Both the position numbers and the translations under genes were made by a program. The notes beneath the pieces were generated by a model that saw only the letters and a program-made list of their open reading frames with translations, was not told the DNA's origin and searched no databases. Shown in pieces: positions 60,720 to 64,000 of a stretch of 64,000 nucleotides of DNA (position 1 is the stretch's first letter; every line of letters starts with the position of its first letter). Origin of the DNA: an uncultured Acidobacteriota bacterium (lineage in GTDB: Bacteria > Acidobacteriota > Thermoanaerobaculia > Multivoradales > UBA5704). The stretch lies in NCBI GenBank assembly GCA_963770895.1, contig CAVYRF010000002.1, positions 2,624,001-2,688,000 on the forward strand, read 5' to 3'.

Positions 60720-63122
60720 ATGCGCACGTCGCGACATCTCATCTTCTGGGCGCTGGCCGGCGCGGCCGGCGCCCTGCTGCTGGTCTCGGCCTACCAGCGC
60801 GCGGTGCCGCTCGGGCCGCGCAGCTGGCGCTTCTCCGAGGCGCGGGCGATCGCCGAGCTGCGCCACCGCGTGGGCGCGCTGGGCGAGCCGCTGCGCGACA
60901 CCTTCGTGGTCGCCCGGCTTTCCGGCAACCAGGTTTTGGAGCGCCGCCTGCAGCTCATGCTGGACACCATGCCGATGGCTCGCCTGCGTGCCACGGGCCT
61001 GCCGGACCAGGTGTCGGTGTGGGTCGCGGAATTCTACCGGCCGGACGCGGTGCGGGGCGACTATGCGGCCAGGGGCGAGCTGTCGCCGGACGGTGCGCTG
61101 ATCTCGCTGCATCTGCACGTCGACGCGTACGCCAAGGGAGAGTCCCCCTCGCCGGCCGCGGCGCGGGCGCTGGCCGAGCGCTTCCTGCGCGGCGAAGGGA
61201 TCGCCCTGGACCGCTACGGTGAGCCGGAGATCCGCACCCAGCAGCTGGCGGCGCGCACCGACACCACGGTGCGCTACCGCGACCGCGAGCGGCCGCCGGA
61301 CGGCGCCGGCTTCGGCGTCGAGGTGAAGCTGGCCGGCAACCAGGTGTCGGACTTCGGGCACTGGATGGACGACGGGTCGACGACCAAGACGGCGCAGCGC
61401 AACCTGCAAGGGGTGCAGGCCTTCGTCTTCGGACACTTCGCGGTGGCGTACTTTCTGCTGGTGGCGCTGGCGGTGCCGTTCCTCAGGCGCTACCACGAAG
61501 GGGAGATCGGCGTGCGGCGCGGCGTCCAGCTGTTCGCGCTGTGCGGCGCGGCCGGCCTGGTGTTCATGCTGATGGTGGCGCGCGCGTCGTCCGACGACTT
61601 CGGCTTTGCCTTCGCGACGCCGCGCCAGGCGGTCGGCTTCGCCGTGCTGTTCGGCACGCTGTTCAACGTGGTGCCGCGCGCCCTGCTGGCGTTTCTCGCC
61701 TGGTCGGTGGGCGAAGCGCTCTGCCGCGAGCGCTGGGGCCAAAAGCTGTCTTCCTTCGACGCCCTGTTCCGGCGGCAGTGGGCCAACGCCACGGTCGCCT
61801 CGTCCGCGCTCGCCGGCATCCTGGCCGGGATCGCCCTGGCCGGGGTGGCGGTGGCGGTGCTGCTGCCGCTCGAGCGGCTGGGCGTCTGGCCGGTGATGAC
61901 GGTGACGCACGGTGTCGACAGCGGCTGGGCGGGGCTCGAAGCGGCGATCAGCCTGATCGCCTTTCAGCTGCCGGTCCAGATGACGGTGGCGCTGTGCGCA
62001 CTGCCGATCCTGGCGCGCTGGCTGGGGCGCACCGGCGGGCTGCTGACCACCGCCCTGCTGTCGGTGGCCTGTACCTCGATACCGCTGCTGGTGCTGCCGC
62101 TCGGTTGGGCGGTCCTGCTGTCGTTCGCCGCCGCCGCCGCCCTGCTGTGGGTGTTCGTGAGCGTCGACCTGCTCGCCTTCCTGCTCGCCGGCTCGACCGC
62201 CGTCTATCTGCTGATCATCGTGCCGATGCTCGAAGCCGCCGATCCCATGCTGCGCCTGCTCGGCTGGGCCGGGCTTGCCCTGCTGGCGACGCCGCTGTGG
62301 CTGTCGGTGCGGTTTCTGGGCAGCCGGCGTGAGATTTCCTACCGCTACGAAGACATCCCGCCGCACGTGCGGCGCATCGCCGACCGCGAGCGGCAGCGCG
62401 TCGAGCTGGAAACGGCGCGGCGCATCCAGAGCTCGATCCTGCCCGAGCTGCCGCCGCGGCTTGCCGGCGTCGAGCTGGCGCACGCCTACCTGCCCGCCTC
62501 CGAGGTGGGGGGCGACTTCTACGACGTGCTGGCGCTCGACGACGGGCGCCTGGCGCTGGCGGTCGGCGACGTCGCCGGCCACGGCGTGTCCAGCGGCCTG
62601 GTGATGGCGATGGCCAAGTCGGCGCTGGCGGTGCAGGTGACCTTCGATCCGGAGGTGGCGCCGGTGTTCGTCACCCTCAACCGCACGGTCTACCAGACCG
62701 CCCGCAAACGCCTGCTGGCGACGTTTTGCTACGCCCTGCTCGACCCGGTGCGGCGCGAGCTGCTGTACGCCAGCGCCGGCCACCTCTATCCCTACCGCAT
62801 CAGCGCCGGCGGCAAGGTCGAGGAACTGCGCGCCAACGGCTACCCGCTGGGGGTGCGGCGCACCATCGAGATCGAACCGCGGCGGACGCAGCTCGACCCC
62901 GGCGACCTGCTGTTCCTGTTCAGCGACGGCCTGGTCGAAGCGCGCGCCGAGGGCAGCGACGAAGTGTTCGGCTTCGACCGCCTGGAGCAGAGCCTGGGGC
63001 GGCACGCCGCCGGCGGCGTCGAGGCTCTGCGCGATCAGGTGCTGGCCGACGTCGCCGACTTCGCCCGCCACGCGCCGCGCGAAGACGACATGACCGTGGT
63101 GGTGGTGCGGCTGCCGGCGTAG
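60720..63122 (+). CDS. Membrane-bound PP2C/SpoIIE-type Ser/Thr phosphatase
   Basis: Extracytoplasmic N-domain, about 10 TMs, ELETARRIQ, EVGGDFYD, GDVAGHG, SDGLVE, EDDMT. Confidence 0.92.
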   Translation: MRTSRHLIFWALAGAAGALLLVSAYQRAVPLGPRSWRFSEARAIAELRHRVGALGEPLRDTFVVARLSGNQVLERRLQLMLDTMPMARLRATGLPDQVSVWVAEFYRPDAVRGDYAARGELSPDGALISLHLHVDAYAKGESPSPAAARALAERFLRGEGIALDRYGEPEIRTQQLAARTDTTVRYRDRERPPDGAGFGVEVKLAGNQVSDFGHWMDDGSTTKTAQRNLQGVQAFVFGHFAVAYFLLVALAVPFLRRYHEGEIGVRRGVQLFALCGAAGLVFMLMVARASSDDFGFAFATPRQAVGFAVLFGTLFNVVPRALLAFLAWSVGEALCRERWGQKLSSFDALFRRQWANATVASSALAGILAGIALAGVAVAVLLPLERLGVWPVMTVTHGVDSGWAGLEAAISLIAFQLPVQMTVALCALPILARWLGRTGGLLTTALLSVACTSIPLLVLPLGWAVLLSFAAAAALLWVFVSVDLLAFLLAGSTAVYLLIIVPMLEAADPMLRLLGWAGLALLATPLWLSVRFLGSRREISYRYEDIPPHVRRIADRERQRVELETARRIQSSILPELPPRLAGVELAHAYLPASEVGGDFYDVLALDDGRLALAVGDVAGHGVSSGLVMAMAKSALAVQVTFDPEVAPVFVTLNRTVYQTARKRLLATFCYALLDPVRRELLYASAGHLYPYRISAGGKVEELRANGYPLGVRRTIEIEPRRTQLDPGDLLFLFSDGLVEARAEGSDEVFGFDRLEQSLGRHAAGGVEALRDQVLADVADFARHAPREDDMTVVVVRLPA

Positions 63123-63234
63123 GGCGGGCGCGCGCCGCGTGCGCCGGCGCCGCCGGGGGAGCCGGGTGGGATAGACTCCGGCGGTTCGCGCCGGCGGGTC
63201 CGTGGGACCGCCAGACCAAGGAAGAGGGGGCTTT

Positions 63235-64000
63235 TTGAAGATCCACGAGTTCCAGGCCAAAGAGATCCTGCGCGGGTTCGGCGTCGCCACGCCGCGCGGC
63301 CAGGTCACCGACGATCCGGAGGCAGCGGAGCGCATCTGTGAACAGCTGGGCGGGCGGTGCGTGGTCAAGGCGCAGATCCACGCCGGCGGCCGCGGCAAGG
63401 GCGGCGGCGTGAAGCTGGCCAAGTCGCCGGCCGAAGCGCGCGAGCTGGCCGGGCGCATCCTGGGGATGCAGCTGGTGACGCCGCAGACCGGCCCCGAAGG
63501 GCAGAAGGTGCGCCGCGTGCTGATCGAAGAGGCGCTCGACATCGCGCGCGAGCTGTACGTCTCGGTCACCTTGGACCGCCACGCCGGCAAGCCGATCGTC
63601 ATGGCCTCGAAGTCGGGCGGCATGGACATCGAAGAGGTCGCGGCGCGCGACCCCCAGGCGATCCTGCGGCAGGAGGTCGACCCGCTTTTGGGGCTGCTGC
63701 CGTTTGAGGCGCGGTCGCTCGCGCGCGGCCTGGGACTGACCGGCGCGACCGCCGGCAAGGCGGGGAAGCTCCTGACCGCGCTGGTCGCCGCCTACCTGGG
63801 CACCGACGCGTCGCTGGTCGAGATCAACCCGCTGCTGGTGACCGGCGGCGGCGACGTGCTGGCCCTGGACGCCAAGATGACGTTCGACGACAACGCGCTG
63901 TTCCGCCGGCCGGACGTGGTGGCGATGCGCGACCTGACGGAAGAGAACCCGATGGAAGTGGAAGCCGGCAAGTTCAACTTGAACTACATCAAGCTGGACG
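63235..64000 (+). CDS. sucC: Succinyl-CoA synthetase beta subunit (truncated by window end)
   Basis: TTG start; MKIHEFQAKEIL, VKAQIHAGGRGKGGGVK, GGMDIEEVA, EINPL, DAKMTFDDNALFR. Confidence 0.97.
   Translation, partial: MKIHEFQAKEILRGFGVATPRGQVTDDPEAAERICEQLGGRCVVKAQIHAGGRGKGGGVKLAKSPAEARELAGRILGMQLVTPQTGPEGQKVRRVLIEEALDIARELYVSVTLDRHAGKPIVMASKSGGMDIEEVAARDPQAILRQEVDPLLGLLPFEARSLARGLGLTGATAGKAGKLLTALVAAYLGTDASLVEINPLLVTGGGDVLALDAKMTFDDNALFRRPDVVAMRDLTEENPMEVEAGKFNLNYIKLD

Overview
Very GC-rich bacterial chromosomal window with about 57 genes. I found no rRNA, tRNA, CRISPR array, transposase or prophage. Gene content (FG-GAP and PKD surface proteins, Thr-type sulfatase, futalosine-pathway mqnD, sigma54 boxes, GG-leader peptide) is compatible with an Acidobacteriota (Thermoanaerobaculia-like) genome; this is an inference. 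Layout: (1) 0-18 kb housekeeping and stress genes: TA antitoxin, queA, MFS, dppABC-type, histidine kinase, hsp20, a sigma54-driven SRPBCC/dehydrogenase/hydrolase operon, fumC, dinB, a frameshifted AI-2E gene, hslR; (2) 18-23 kb: SigR/SigH-type ECF sigma, ZAS anti-sigma, a cysteine-free TlpA-like protein, an orphan double-Gly RiPP precursor, M23 peptidase and an HddA-like GHMP kinase; (3) 23-49 kb: a cell-surface locus in which wzm and wzt are split by three secreted protein genes (FG-GAP propeller, probable S-layer/major surface protein, 1600-aa PKD protein) and followed by glycosyltransferases, a YfhO-type GT-C, GNAT, Thr-type sulfatase and a PIG-L-GT2-coiled-coil fusion. This is the best candidate for an undescribed system (surface-protein glycosylation); (4) 49-64 kb: DUF433/PIN TA pair, a minus-strand yqgE-nudix-nth-SDR-cytochrome c run and a TCA cluster (acnA, icd, mdh, sucC) interleaved with mqnD, gph and a membrane PP2C. 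Window-wide patterns: many SD-less genes with a -10 hexamer 6-9 nt before the start codon, and many 15-18 bp tandem or low-complexity insertions. Family calls come from motif recognition only; no database searches were run.
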